Source of the DNA: the human T2T-CHM13v2.0 reference genome, Homo sapiens | Assembly (NCBI RefSeq): GCF_009914755.1 | Contig: NC_060936.1 | Direction: 5' to 3' (one strand) | Length of the DNA stretch: 64,000 bases | Shown: positions 1 through 15,037 of the stretch, one piece after another | How positions within the stretch are numbered: the stretch's first letter is position 1 | How the letters are laid out: the number at the start of each line of letters is the position of its first letter | Translations under genes and position numbers: made by a program | The notes under the pieces: model-generated | Told to the model about the DNA's origin: nothing | The model's input: only the letters and a program-made list of their open reading frames with translations | The model's database searches: none

Positions 1-1244
1 TTCCTCCAGAATTTTGATTATTTTATTGTTTTTGAGCAGAACGTGAACAATGCCAGGGAATATTCTCAAAAAAATCTTTTAAATTTTATTAACATATGTG
101 ATCAAGAATTTAGTGAAGGACAAGGATGAAGTTAATGTTTGAAAATTGAGTTACAGTACTGTAGTACTTGTGGTAACATGGCAAGTTAAAACAAATTATA
201 AAAACCTTAATTTTGAAATATGGTCCTGTTAAGCCAAAGTCCTTTTTATAAAAGCTGCAAAATGAGAATTTTTAGCTAATGAGTGAGACTTGGCAGGACA
301 TAAATGGAAATATGTTTTATTGGCCAACATGTTCTGGAGGCATATGAGTGTCTAAATAGATGATGCTCAAAAGAATATTTTTGTCATGAAAGTGCCTGAA
401 AACATTTTGATCAGAAATTTGATTGCCATATGTCCATATCCTCCAACTTAAACGACGAGCATACTTCAGGTCTCTTGAGATTTCTCTCCCTTGCAATACT
501 GACTCTTATCATTAAGCACCAGGGCTTGCAAAATGAGTTGTTTTCCTTACTTTCATAATTATCCTAGTATATTGACTATTTCAATATAAACTGTCTGGAA
601 TTTGAGCTCAAATAATGATTTACTGAATCTCTGTATTGAGAAAATCAGCCATGTTTAGTGCTTGGTCTTGAACAGTGCTTCTGAATACCACTGTCATGAC
701 ACAGAATCATTACGCTTGCCATATGCAGATTCATTTTTAGTCATAGATGTTCATTTTTCATCTAAACTTTTAGTTTATAAACCTTTAAAGTCCATTATAT
801 GTCATTTTCATTTTTGTTTTTCTGAACCTTTAAAATGGAATGTAACAGAAAATATTTGTGAATACATTACTGAATAACAGGTTAGGTATTTTATTTAATA
901 CAAATCGATGTATTTTAATAAAATATGCAGATATCACCACAGGTAGAAATATTAATTTTGGGGGAAGATATTTGGGCCTGGGACTTTTCTAATGCATTAG
1001 AAACCCTCAAATCACTTAAAATATATGATGAGGTAGAGAACATTTTAGTATTTTTCCAGTTCATCTCCCCATATGCTTCAATCTTTTTTTTCAGATGTCA
1101 TGAACACATTTAACATTTATAAGTGTGTGTGCACAAGTAATTTGTAATATGGAAGTTAAGAGCAGCAACTTTTTCATTTGCATTCACTTTATAGATATGA
1201 CACTCTTAAATACTCATTATAGGCAATTGATGGTTGCATTTTTT

Positions 1245-1312
1245 CAAAAATAGGCTTTGTTTTTAGAGAAGTTTTAGGTTTACAGAAAAAGTAAGTGAAA
1301 AGTACAGAGACA
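1245..1312 (-). mobile_element. Short ancient L1M (L1MC/MD-like) 3'-end fragment
   Basis: 'aaaataggctttgtttttagagaagttttaggtttacagaaaaagtaagtgaaaagtacagaga' resembles the reverse complement of old L1M 3' termini. Confidence 0.5.
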
Positions 1313-2609
1313 AAGTTTGCATTTTTGTTATAAATTCTTTTATTTTTGTTTTCAGATCTTGTGGACCTCATTTTTGCAATTTTTATCCTCCATTTTATCT
1401 TTTAAATCAAAGTTTTCACTTTGCCTTATTTTTTTTTAATGTCCACTCTTTGAGTATCTGAGCTCCTAACATGGATGTCTTATTATGGAACCCTGAGAAT
1501 CATGTAATAAAAGGCTTCATCAAAATGAAATATAATTGATTGATTTATACTACAAGCAAGGTTGGCATTTCTCCTAGGCAGCAGTAGAAAGGGTTCAGTC
1601 AGGAGCTCAAGTGCCATAATTGAAAATAGAAGGTTTTATATTTAATACTTTACCTACTGAAAAGAGGAAATTTCTCTTGCATTAGATAGCTTGAGGCCTC
1701 AATCTCCTATCTGATAGTGTCTGGGCCCATTTAAATTATATATCAAGTTAAATAGCTTCCTGGCTGGTAGACATTTATGAGTAGAATTTTGAATGATTTC
1801 AATCTTTCAGTCTAATAAAGGAGATAGTATATTTTAATGGTTTTTGTGTTTTCAAAGGACTTTATAGAGCTCAACAATGACTTAATACAAAGCATTTGGA
1901 AGACAAGAAGAATGGCTGGCTGAATCAGAGATGCATTAAGTAGTCTGCTCACAGTCTGTGCACCACAATCCTGATAATGGTGCATGGAATGACCTTGTGT
2001 CTCCCTGCAGCAAGTTGCCATTTCTGACATCTGTGGAAAGTATTGCATGCCTGAATACCTGAGACATTGTTCTGCAACGTTCATCTCTTCACGGTACTTC
2101 TGTCCCCAGCGCCAGGTGCTGTGGGTACAGTAAAAATGAACAGTACTTTGGGAACAAGGTCTGACTGCACAAAACACCACTTAACATGCAAATTGAATTT
2201 AGAGAACAGGTTTAGTTTCTTAAAGTGAACACAATATACTTGAAATAGCTATCTACTTACACTGAAGCAAAGATACATAAAGAAATATGTCTCTACTGCT
2301 TCTGTGAGTGAGTCTTGCCTCAGATTTGGACAAAGTTGTGAGTGTCATCTTTTCTTTGACATGCTGGTAATTAGGCTAAATAGTCTCTCAAATAACAGGT
2401 TCAGCAGGCTATACCCTTCATCTGTCTATTAATTGGTTGATTGATCTCTCTCCCTACCTCCTATAGTACCTACTGTAAAGCCTGTTGACTATTTTTCCAC
2501 TTGTTTGTATTAGCAAAATATTTCTTTTAAAAGTATGTTTTTAACATTTTCTCATGCATAGCACTAAGTCAAATGCTAGCTTCTCTGCAAGAGTAAAAAA
2601 ACCTTACAA

Positions 2610-2825
2610 TTTCCTCAGGTCTGATTTTATCTCCTTCATAGCTCTCCATAGCTCCTCTATTATGTCATATACTAGACTATCTAGTGTTTATTGCCTAATT
2701 GCCTGATTCTCCAAATAGGTGGCAAGATTCTTCATAACAGTGACTATCTTTCATTCATTTCTGTGTCCTTCACTCTTTCTCACCTAGTTCATTGTAAATA
2801 GTCACAGCTAAATATATATTAAATT
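2610..2825 (+). mobile_element. L2 3'-end fragment
   Basis: Degenerate L2 tail pattern 'tgtttattgcc...caagattcttcataacagtgactatctttcattcatttctgtgtcc...cacctag...aaatatatatt'. Confidence 0.45.
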
Positions 2826-2914
2826 AGTGATAAAGACTATCCCTTATATTTTTACATTTACTTACTTGTTTTAGAATATGAATATTTTGGTGCATCAATT
2901 ATAACTCAGTTATG

Positions 2915-3135
2915 AATAATACTAATAATCATGAGTTCATACTGTTATGTCAGACACTGTAACATACTTTATACATATTCTTCCATTGATTTCTGACAAT
3001 AAACCTGGGAGTTACAATAGGATTAGGAAGCTGGGGGTTATTGAAGTTAAGAGGCGTGTTCAAATTCAGAGATCTAGTAAATGGTAAAATTAGAATTTAA
3101 CTCCTGACCTTTCAGACTCATCTACACTATGTTGT
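2915..3135 (-). mobile_element. MIR
   Basis: 'atgtcagacactgt...ctttatacatatt...gaagttaag...ctagtaaatggtaaaattagaatttaactcc' matches the reverse MIR core pattern. Confidence 0.55.
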
Positions 3136-3157
3136 AACTGCCTAAGTTTGGCATGTG

Positions 3158-3517
3158 ACGTAGTCATTAAAGTGGTTAACATTCTGGGTATTTTATTTAT
3201 GTACACATGGCCTAACTGAATTTTCCCACCCTATTTGATTTCAGCATGGCCATGTGACTTCTTCATATATGTAGAAGTGATGGTTTCTTCCCTAGCAGGA
3301 GCTTTGTCAATGTATAATCTCCCAAATTCTCTTCCCACTGCTGAGATGACTCTAGGCACTTCTGTCAGCCAGAGTCTGAGTGACTGCAACTAGCACAGCC
3401 CTAATGCTGGCCTATGTTGTGCCTATACAATCAATGAGAAGAACAATTATTGTGTTAAGCCATGACATACTGGGGTTATTACTAAAACTCAACTAAATCC
3501 ATCCTAATTGAAATAGC
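3158..3517 (+). mobile_element. MLT1 (ERVL-MaLR) solo LTR, MLT1I/J-like
   Basis: 'catggccatgtgactt' near the 5' end and 'tgagaagaacaattattgtgttaagccatga...tggggttattact...catcctaattgaaata' at the 3' end are typical of MLT1. Confidence 0.6.
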
Positions 3518-3689
3518 AATATCTGCCCTATGTTTCAATGTCTTTTTCTTCAGTTACCTGTGTTTCTTATTGAATAGCAATCTCTTTATGCCCCTATAAC
3601 ATGATTTCAACATTATATTTATTCAGATGCTGTAATACTTGGAGGGTCAATTCTTACAGGACAAAGTTTCATTGAGAGACCTGAAGACC

Positions 3690-3840
3690 CTTTAACCAGA
3701 ATCACCTGGGGAGCTTTTTAAAAATGCAGTCTGGAATCCACCCTAAATCTACCAGATTAAAACCTTAGAGTAGGTCAGGAAATCTAGATTTTTAACAAAT
3801 AGCTTACAGGAGACTCATGGAAAGTTTGAGAATTAATGCC
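3690..3840. mobile_element. MER5-like DNA transposon (hAT-Charlie)
   Basis: 'cagaatcacctggggagctttttaaaaatgcag...caggaaatctagatttttaacaa...aaagtttgagaa' is the palindromic MER5 pattern. Confidence 0.65.
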
Positions 3841-4829
3841 ATGGGTATTAGAAGGCAATGGTTATTGTCATAACTAAGTTCTTGTCTTTTCCCCTTCTTG
3901 CAACATGGCAGGCTCTATCTCTAGGCATCAGTTTAATATCATTGTAGTAAGTGATGACCACAGAAGAAAAAAAATCAAATTCCAATACAAATTATTTAAG
4001 AACATTTCAGTTTTCAAAATTAAATGAAATTTTTAAAAAGCTTGTTTAGAAAAATAAAATTGAGACTCAGAATGTAGTTACTTCAGATCATATTCCTTGA
4101 GTAAAAATTCAAGTAATGTGTCTTCATTATGAAAAATAAATGGGTAAAAAATACAGCTAAAAAATAAAAAAAGAATAGGTCAACTAAAGTTTGGTATGTT
4201 TTTCCAAACTCCTTCTCTTTTCTTGCTATGATAGCACACGTGATATGATAGTATGAGTGATAACATGCATTAAATATGTTAGTTGAGTACTCTGGGGGAT
4301 ATTGCTTCCTTTTATTAGGAATATTACTATGCTATGGTAATGAATAATATCTAGCCTGTTTATAATGTATTCAAGTTTTATAATCTATGCTAAACATGCT
4401 AGATATTTCAGTAGGCTTGTGGTTTCTCAGTAAGAAGGCATCTAGAAGATATGGATTTGAAGGTGGCTCTTCTACTCCCTTATGTAACCCTGACTGAGTT
4501 CCTTAAATTCTTCAAACTTTATATTCCTGGTACCATGAAACTCTTGATCATCCTCTTAAGTCTTCGCCACACCCTAAGATAAGTGTCATCCTCCCTTCAC
4601 AGCTCAGAAAGCAGCAGTCTAGCAATATCACATAACTAGTAATTAAAACCAGTGCTGGCTAGCCCTGAAGCCTTCAGACTTTCTCCCATATCTTCACCAC
4701 GGGGCTTGTTGTCTTGATTGATTGTTCATTTAAAAAAAAGTACTCTCTGCCTTCAAATACAAAAAATTCGTCATTCCAAAACATAAAATATCTTGTATTT
4801 TCTCTTTGGATGATATAATTAAAACAAAA

Positions 4830-5025
4830 CCCTGGCTTTGGAACAAAAACTTACAGGATTTAAATACCACCTCTAGTACCCATTAAACTCTGTGGCCATG
4901 GTCGAGTTTTTTCTGTACAAAGAAGATAATGAATCTAGGTGAATTTTTCTTTTGAAGTTTATAGGAAATGAATACAAAGTACCTAGAACTGTGCTTGATA
5001 GGTAATAAATGTGCAATGAATATTA
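4830..5025 (+). mobile_element. MIR
   Basis: 'ggctttggaac...ggatttaaataccacctct...ctgtggccatgg...ctgtacaa...aaagtacctagaactgtgcttgataggtaataaatgtgcaatgaat'. Confidence 0.55.
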
Positions 5026-5924
5026 CGTTCTATTGAATTTTACCAGAAGCTATGAGACATTTGACTAACCTATAAATTTTAAAAGCATGTCCTTTAAGTA
5101 GAAGAGATATTTTTATAAGTAGGAATATTACTTTGCTTTTATTGGATGATATTATTTTCTACTCCTCTTATTTTTATGGAGTATTCCAATCATACTGAAC
5201 AAGGGCCTAATGACTTTTCCCAGCAGTTATGAGCAGTTGTTTTTGTGTGTGTGTGTGTGTGTGCTTATTATAGTCATCACAGTTCAAATTACACCTAGAG
5301 ACTCAAAAATAATCAGGTTTATTATAAGTCACTAAAAGTAATTGTGTATGTGCAAAAATTGCAGATAAGTGGTCCTTAAGTTGGATAGTTTGACAGAGGA
5401 TACTGATATCTATAAAATAATGTACAATTTTCTTCTGTGAATGATAAAGACGATCCAGATTTCTTGTTACAATGCAGCTATGTTAAAATATGGGAGCTTA
5501 GCTTGATGATTAAAAAAAAAAAAAGCATGCTCTTTGCATTAAATGGTATATGGCCAAGCAAACTCCATTCATTTGACTTCCCAGACAGCCAGAGCTGAAT
5601 TCAGAAGCAACTAATTGAACTGGGGACCTTCCTTTGGCATCTTGCCCATTGGTACTCTTTGTGGGAGGAGCAGCTTCACACACAGAGCTTAAAAGCATCT
5701 GGGTTGCTGTTCTGCATGCTACTGCTGACAGATTTACCATCTGCCTTAAAGAAAGACAACAGTCTGGGGACCTTTGATACTAAGCATTCACATGATAGCC
5801 TTTGACAGTGAAAAATCCTTCATTAAACAAGAAAATAAATCCTATCTAACATAAACAAAAAAAAAGAACCAGTGTTGTTTTGATTTTAATTATCTACAAA
5901 TATAACGTGGAAATTCATTGATGG

Positions 5925-6150
5925 TAGACCATTTGTTGAGCACTATGTGTCATCCCCGAGTACTTTATACTTACACGTTTATTCGGACCACCACTTGCTT
6001 AGGTAGGCACAATTTTAACTTCATTTAAAAATAATACAGTTTATACATAGAGAATAAAAAATTTGCTTAAGCTTACTTTAAGTTATAGTAAGTGTGAGAG
6101 CAGAAACTTGAATCAAGGTAGTCAATCAGTTTGTCACCTCTGTGTATACT
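5925..6150 (-). mobile_element. MIR
   Basis: 'ccatttgttgagcactatgtg...aggtaggcacaatt...atttgcttaag...agtaagtgtgagagcagaaacttgaatcaagg'. Confidence 0.55.
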
Positions 6151-7509
6151 GCATTTTTATCCATTTTCTCTAGGAATTTCATTTTCTAGAATGCCTTAGT
6201 ATAGGTTATTTAGTAAATGATAGATTATTTTTCTATTACAATAGATTACATAGGTAAGATATATTATTCATAACATGGTTATATTGAGATCAAGGTTACA
6301 AGAATCCCTTTTTGCCTTCCAGAAGAAAATGTTATTCAAAGAGGATTATATCCTTAATTCTTACAATTGTGTGTCATAGGTAAGATCAGAAAATAATTAT
6401 GGATGACAAAAATGCACTCTACCCATTAAATAACCAGAGTACTTTTCATAGTGATATGAATGTACTTAGAAAAATTAAAAGCTTTATGCAAATTTAAGGT
6501 ATATCATAATAAAGGACAGTACATTTGTTTAAGCACATTGTTTAACACATAATTTATAGAGTATGTTTTTTCATCATGAGTATGTCTTGCTTTCATAAAG
6601 GATTGACAAAACACTCAGCAAGTGAGATGAGATAGACTTGCTTAATCATATTTGCACACACTTGCAATGACAGACACTGCTCCTTTGCTGTAACATTCTT
6701 GGCATGATCTTTAAACACTCAACTGCTGATGATCTCAATGCCATTAATAGGATATCTATGTGAACTTTAAATGATAATTTAATTTAAAGCCTTTAAACAT
6801 AAATGCATGGCTACATTTAAAATTGAATTGCATCCTTTAAAAATCACTCCCTGTGGACATTTCCTTCTGTTCAGTAAAATGCAGGCACATTCTAGCTGTA
6901 AGCACTTGTAGTTGGAATGCATATTGTGCCCCTTAGTTGCCCTGCTTTCCTTTCCCTTGGGGAAAATCTACCAACCTGGTTGCAGACTGTCAGTAGGAAG
7001 ATAGGTAGAATGATTTATAATCAGCTTTTGGCTGTTTACACTAAAGTACATGTAGCCAAATTACACTGGAAGGGAGAATGGAGTAGAAGATACTGACTCA
7101 TTTTTTTAGGACTGGCTCTAAAGCCCACAAGCACAATCAATATTGAGAATATTCAGTCTATTAATCAAAATATTCAGTACACTAATGAGCATATTCTATA
7201 CTAATTAATAGTAGAAACATTGAAAGCAACAAAATAACTTTAAAATACAGAAAATGCAACATGCAAAGGTGGGTTAAATTCATTATTTAAGATTACTTGG
7301 TATAAATGAAATACACTTCCTAGTTTTATTTGTAGACCTCAGATCCCTTACTGGTATCAGGCAAATAAACAAGTTAATTTATTGGGTGAATACAAAAGGT
7401 TATAATAATAAAAGGTTATAATAATAATAAACCAAGTCAAAGTTACAGAAGGAGGAAGAATATGGTTCAGTTAAATCTATGGTAATGCAGATGCATAAGC
7501 ACTAATCCA

Positions 7510-7750
7510 CAAGAGTATGGTTTAGTGCTAAGAATTGAGTCTAAGTGATTTTAAGACAAATACACTTGAGGAATAATCCTGATTCAACTAGCTACTTGCT
7601 AGTTGTGCATTTCTAGATAAGTAGTTAACTTTTCTTCTGATTTTTTAGTTGCAGAATGATAATGACATCAGTTTCATATGTTTCTTGTGAAGTTCAGATA
7701 AGTAGAAAGGAAGTGGTTGCCACATTGAAAGCATTGAATTGTGCTACTTT
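7510..7750 (+). mobile_element. MIR
   Basis: 'agtatggtttagtgctaagaa...aatcctgattcaactagctacttgctagttgtg...gataagtagttaactt'. Confidence 0.5.
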
Positions 7751-8544
7751 GACTTTCCTGTGTATTTCATTGCTTACTGAAAATGTCTCGGCCTGATGCT
7801 CCAGGCCTCCTCTAACTTGCTCCCACACCATTCTTTCAGCTTGATGCCCTACAATGCCCCATTCAAAAGTGGCACTTGAGCTAAATTTGTTGATACGCAG
7901 TCCTCAATTTTCATGTATTGATTTTTGCACAAAGTTTACTTTTTCACATTAAAAGTGAACCGTTTTTAGACCTTTAAGTCAAAACTAGTCTCATTGTAAA
8001 TCAGTTGTCTGATAATGACTTTGAGTTTTTAAAAAGACACTGCTTATCTTTATTATTTGTTGGTCAGAAGCCCTATATTTCTCAGGAGTTTTTGATTATT
8101 CATTTATTTTTAATTCTAGAGAATCTTTTAAACGGCATCTCCAGCATATTTTCAAGAGCCCAATGGAGTGAAGATTTTCTTCCTGCCCACACCCTACTTC
8201 AAATGTCCTTACTAGACAAAAGCAGATTTATGTAGCATTCTGCAGCTTTCTGTGTGAGATATGTTTTAATAAAGGAAATGAAAACACAAAGTAAAACAAA
8301 AACAAACGAGAAAAATTGTTATTTGAAGGAGGTAATCCAGAAATTCAAAGAATCAAACTAGACAGGTTCAAAAATTCAAAATTTTGGACCTAATATTAAA
8401 GTGTTAGATATGTAGTCCCAAATACACATTTTCAAGGATTAAAACAAATAATGAAGTACAGTAAACCAGTATGTTGCATAGAGAGTATTGGCAACAAATG
8501 CATATTGGAGAGTCCAGTCTTCATTTGAATTAATATGTGTGTCT

Positions 8545-8652
8545 AATCCATCTTCCTATCTAATCTGGCAAATCTATCTAATCTACTTAATCTATTTTAT
8601 CTACCTAGGTATTTACCTAGCTACCTAATCTAGCAAATCTAGCCATCTACAT
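8545..8652. repeat. Degenerate (TCTA/CCTA)n simple repeat
   Basis: Repeated atct/acct tetramers. Confidence 0.6.
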
Positions 8653-10829
8653 ATATTTAATTGTTCATGCCAATCCAAACTTACTACAAGTCAGATTCTT
8701 CCAGAATCCAGCCAGATTGTGACCTCTGGGATAGTACAGATAAGAAACTATACTACCTCCCCCCCCTCAACACACCTGTAATTATTTAATATTGAAGGCA
8801 AGAGTATTTTGCTTTGAGAATGAGAAACGTTGAATCAGAATCTGGAGTGATTTCCTTCTCCATATTCTCTTCTTCCCTTCCTTCTCTTTTATAATTGTTT
8901 CATGATCTGATCTCCCATAATCTAGCAGTACCACAGCTAGACTCTGGGCTACACACAAAAAGGTATGTCCCATTTCTTGGGGCAGGGAGAAGAGAGAGTA
9001 GACACAGCCTCATTAAGAGAGAGGATGTCCATGCAATGTGGGCATCCTACCAGGGAGGTAGGGTGATTGTCCTTCTCCCAGGGTGCTTAATAAAGGCTTC
9101 CTCTGAGGCTGGTCAGTGGAGGTCTTTCAGATCAATGTGCTTGTTGCTTGTTTACCCAAGCCATTTAAACATCGCTGAGATAGAATTATTTTTGGTAAAA
9201 TATAGTGGTAAATGCGGTGTGTGTGTCTTTATTTATATATACATGCATATATAAAGATTCTAGTAACAGTTCCTTTTTAAATATGTCTTATTTAACTTTC
9301 ATACATTTGGATTTCAGGCAGATTTTCAGAAATAGGATGTGTATAAAGCAGATGATTTTCTAAACTTACTATTCTTAAGAAAAAATGCTTTATATTTCCC
9401 TCCTTCCCGCTCCTCTCTGTCTCTGCCAATCAAATTCCTGTGTGTCTCATTTGTCATTTGATTTCACACGTTAATTCCAGCTTATCCCAGCACCTAATCA
9501 CTGCTCTTCTAAACTTATAAAATGCTATTTTAATGTTTACCTTTTGTGGCACTTATGGTATATATTATAATTATTTGTGACTGTATCTCATATTCTCCAC
9601 TCTAATGCTGCCTTTTAAAATATCTTTCTTCTCAATGCTCTGAGCTGAAGCAAATATGAAAAAGACTAATTGACTATTATAGTCTGTTTAGAAATTTGAT
9701 TGATCATATGAGATTATCTATAGATTTTTTTATAATAATATAAAGGTTGAATAGCACCCATCAATGTCAAGATTCAATTAAGGTATGTGAGTCAAAAAAA
9801 GAAGTTAACACAATAAAGTCAACGAGTGCTTTGTGATTCCTTTAACTTTAGACACCAATGTACCATAGCACTGGATAAATTTCCTAATATGATTAATTTT
9901 TCTTCCATGTGCCTTAGCTGCCTTTTTCTGGGACTGTCAACACTCCACTCAAATTTTCAAGCATGCATTTTTTCTGATTTTCTCTCCTTTGCACACCGAC
10001 ACAGAAGCATCACAGGAAAATAGTTCCTTTATTGTCATCCCAATTCAAAAGATAATACACATACTACTTTCCCTTCTCTACCTCCTTTTGTATATGCACA
10101 AGTGGAACACATGTGAGCCTTGCTGTCGTCTTCATTGTCTTAAAATTTATTGTTATCTTTGGCTTAACTTCTGAAGCTATTAGGTGAGGTAGACATGCAT
10201 TTGAGGAGAAAATGTTGCTAATCTCAGCAAGAGATATTTTTCAGACTCTATTTTAGAATTCAAAGTCTTGGCAAAGGTTAATGGTGTACCAGTTCGAGAG
10301 AAGTACTTAAAATCTTAAGGAAAGGACTATAATTATGATTTCTTAGGAAGACTTCAGTGTAAATTCAACCAAGTATTTTTCACATCTTGAGATTTGCATT
10401 AAAAATAATACTTCTATTTAACAAAAGGTGTCAATAATAAAATAAGAAGTAAAGTGAACCAATTTAATATGCCCCATAAGAAGCAAATTAAAGCCTTATC
10501 TTTTTCCTTCTTAGAAGGCTGTTAGACTTGAAAAGTAGGCTTTGTGAAGAGCTTCACTTGAATTATTAAAACAAGCAACTGAAATTGAAAATAAAAAGTA
10601 ATTTTTTAGAATATTGAATCCTAATGACTTTGCAATTTGAAGCGCAACTGAGAATCCCTCATAGATACTATTCAATTTTGCATTTTTGCATCATTTTAAA
10701 AAAGTAAAAATACACAAAGCAAAATAATATTAAAAGGAAATAAGAGAAAATGAAAAGGAATATCTATGATTTGAATCTTTTATGACCATTGTTAATAATA
10801 TGATGGAAAAAAGGAAAGGTTGCTTTTTA

Positions 10830-11010
10830 TTGAGTACATGGTGAATTGTACTTTTCCTGTATTTTATCCAATTCTCACAATTTGCCAAATGTAGTGCTGT
10901 CTAGTTTTACAGAAGAGAAAAAATAATGGTCAGGATATATTAGGTTAATCATTTGTACAACGTCACACAACTAAGTTGTAGAATGGCAATCAAAACCATA
11001 GATCTCCTTT
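10830..11010 (-). mobile_element. MIR
   Basis: 'aattctcacaa...ttttacagaagagaaa...aggttaatcatttgtacaacgtcacacaactaag'. Confidence 0.5.
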
Positions 11011-11739
11011 TCTCATTTTTAGAATTTTTTTTCAAATACCCAAGCACAAAGATTTTCTCAAGATTGTTAGGAGACTATCAATATCAAAGGAACTATGCAG
11101 GTCAATAATGAGAAGTCAGAAGAATAATTTTGTCAAGATATTCAAGTGTATATTACAGTAAGGTAAAGAAGATGACAGATAGCTATTTTTCCAGGTATGT
11201 TTGCCTATTTTCTAGTATGATTTAAGAAATACAAAATGAAGGTTAATAAGAAAAGATTTTAAAAAATATATTTTGAAAAGTGGGGATCAACATGATGGTC
11301 AACTGTTTCCTAAAGTTACTTAAGATATGTTCTTACAATGATTATTTTTTCATTTCTACTTATCTGTAGTATTTTTATGTCTACTTGTCAATAGTATTCA
11401 AAATATGGCTGCACCTAAATTTAGAAGACTAGCGATACCAAGACTCTTTCAGCCTCATGATTCTATGGCATATCACTACATGTCAGAAAATCAGTAACCT
11501 TTTAAAAATAAAATACTCTCATAATCGTTGTATAAAAATATTTTGTCACTACTCTTGTTTTATGCCTTTACCTTATATTATCAAAATTTTAATTATATCT
11601 ATAGATATGATTCCAAGCATACGTATGGATTTGTTTAATCATCTTATCAAGTTTTTTTATTTTTAATTTTTAAATTTATTTTATGGTTACTAGGCTTCCC
11701 CAGTAGGAAAAAGAATGCTTAATTGATGATTAACATATT

Positions 11740-12130
11740 TAATAAGAACCAGAAAATGCAGTATTTTAGTGCCTGAAGATATTTAAAAGTCCAAAGAACA
11801 CCACTATATGGCCACAGTATGCACATTATAATGAGAGAGACAGGCAATAAAAGAAAATAAAATACTATACAAATAAATAAATGGTACAATCCATTTAATG
11901 AAGAAATGTTATGAAAAATTAAATTGGGTAAAGGTATAGAGAATGATAGGAATCGGTGGTGATTACTATTCTAGTTTAGGCAATCTATAGAACTTCACTA
12001 AGGAGATACCAAGTTTTAGATGCCTGAAGGGTATGGATCAAGTCATACCTTTGGGAAAACACAGTCTAAAGGCAGGTTACACATAAGAGTGAGAAAAATA
12101 AATTATGAGAACTCAAAGTACACAGGTGAG
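11740..12130 (-). mobile_element. L2 fragment
   Basis: 'gagagagacaggcaataaa...aaatgttatgaaaaa...gggtaaaggtatagagaatga...cttcactaaggagatacc...cctgaagg' is the reverse L2 pattern. Confidence 0.45.
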
Positions 12131-12386
12131 AAAGAATCATCATCAAAACCTGCATAAGAAAAATAATACAACAGTGGCAGAAATGAAAATGGGATAAATT
12201 AATTGTATGTTTTGGAAGAATTGGCTGGATGCTCATCAGTGCACACAGAGTAAATTTGTCCAACTTCCCTTGCAACCAGGTGTCCCCATGTGACTGGATC
12301 ATGGTTAATGAAAGAGAGAAGTGTCACTCCCAAAACCTATTCAATAAACTGTCATTTGAAGTTCTTACCACTTTTACTTTTTGGCT

Positions 12387-12520
12387 CTGAAGGATGGCAG
12401 AATATGCCACCCCACAATATGCCACTTTCATATAATGATTATTTTGAGCTAAAGGTATATCAAAAACATCAGATGCAAGAAGGAGATCCTCAAATCACTA
12501 CTTAGAGCTTACCTACAGGG
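12387..12520 (+). mobile_element. ERV1 LTR 5' fragment (MER34-like)
   Basis: 'tgaaggatggcagaatatgccaccccacaatatgccactttcatataatgattattttgagct' resembles MER34-group LTR starts. Confidence 0.45.
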
Positions 12521-12646
12521 ATAACTGGCATTAGACTGTTACTTGTGATAAAGGATCTTTTATTTTGTTATGACACTGAGATTTGGAGGTTTATATGTTA
12601 TTGTAGCTTCATTCTATTATTAGCCAATTTGCTGTCATTAATAAAG

Positions 12647-13981
<1,335 letters not shown>

Positions 13982-14020
13982 TCATTAGTTGATGCAGTTT
14001 CTTCCTAGTCTCGATGGTCT

Positions 14021-15037
14021 TTACATTTTGGCATGATTTTGCAGCGGCTGGTACCGGTTGTTCCTTTCCATGTTTAGCGCTTCCTTCAGGAGCTCTTTTA
14101 GGGCAGGCCTGGTGGTGACAAAATCTCTCAGCATTTGCTTGTCTGTAAAGTATTTTATTTCTCCTTCACTTATGAAGCTTAGTTTGGCTGGATATGAAAT
14201 TCTGGGTTGAAAATTCTTTTCTTTAAGAATGTTGAATATTGGCCCCCACTCTCTTCTGGCTTGTAGGGTTTCTGCCGAGAGATCCACTGTTAGTCTGATG
14301 GGCTTTCCTTTGAGGGTAACCCGACCTTTCTCTCTGGGTGCCCTTAACATTTTTTCCTTCATTTCAACTTTGGTGAATCTGACAATTATGTGTCTTGGAG
14401 TTGCTCTTCTCGAGGAGTATCTTTGTGGCGTTCTCTGTATTTCCTGAATCTGAACGTTGGCCTGCCTTGTTAGATTGGGGAAGTTCTCCTGGATAATATC
14501 CTGCAGAGTGTTTTCCAACTTGGTTCCATTCTCCACATCACTTTCAGGTACACCAATCAGACGTAGATTTGGTCTTTTCACATAGTCCCATATTTCTTGG
14601 AGGCTTTGCTCATTTCTTTTTATTCTTTTTTCTCTAAACTTCCCTTCTCGCTTCATTTCATTCATTTCATCTTCCATTGCTGATACCCTTTCTTCCAATT
14701 GATCGCATCGGCTCCTGAGGCTTCTGCATTCTTCACATAGTTCTCGAGCCTTGGTTTTCAGCTCCATCAGCTCCTTTAAGCACTTCTCTGTATTGGTTAT
14801 TCTAGTTATACATTCTTCTAAATTTTTTTCAAAGTTTTCAACTTCTTTGCCTTTGGTTTGAATGTCCTCCCGTAGCTCAGAGTAATTTGATCGTCTGAAG
14901 CCTTCTTCTCTCAGCTCGTCAAAATCATTCTCCATCCAGCTTTGTTCTGTTGCTGGTGAGGAACTGCGTTCCTTTGGAGGAGGAGAGGCGCTCTGCGTTT
15001 TAGAGTTTCCAGTTTTTCTGTTCTGTTTTTTCCCCAT
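14021..15037 (-). CDS. ORF1: L1 ORF1p, full-length 338 aa, open
   Basis: MGKKQNRKTGNSK...REKG...ARR...YPAKLS...NHAKM; a few substitutions versus the recalled consensus (ELCEE, NLTRQ, RAPREKG). Confidence 0.92.
   Translation of the reverse strand: MGKKQNRKTGNSKTQSASPPPKERSSSPATEQSWMENDFDELREEGFRRSNYSELREDIQTKGKEVENFEKNLEECITRITNTEKCLKELMELKTKARELCEECRSLRSRCDQLEERVSAMEDEMNEMKREGKFREKRIKRNEQSLQEIWDYVKRPNLRLIGVPESDVENGTKLENTLQDIIQENFPNLTRQANVQIQEIQRTPQRYSSRRATPRHIIVRFTKVEMKEKMLRAPREKGRVTLKGKPIRLTVDLSAETLQARREWGPIFNILKEKNFQPRISYPAKLSFISEGEIKYFTDKQMLRDFVTTRPALKELLKEALNMERNNRYQPLQNHAKM

Noticed and set aside
662-12505. Short ORFs (60-122 aa) in the unique and old-repeat region
   Set aside because: No recognisable domains, many non-ATG starts, AT-rich composition and no coherent exon chain. 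A lncRNA or intronic context cannot be excluded.
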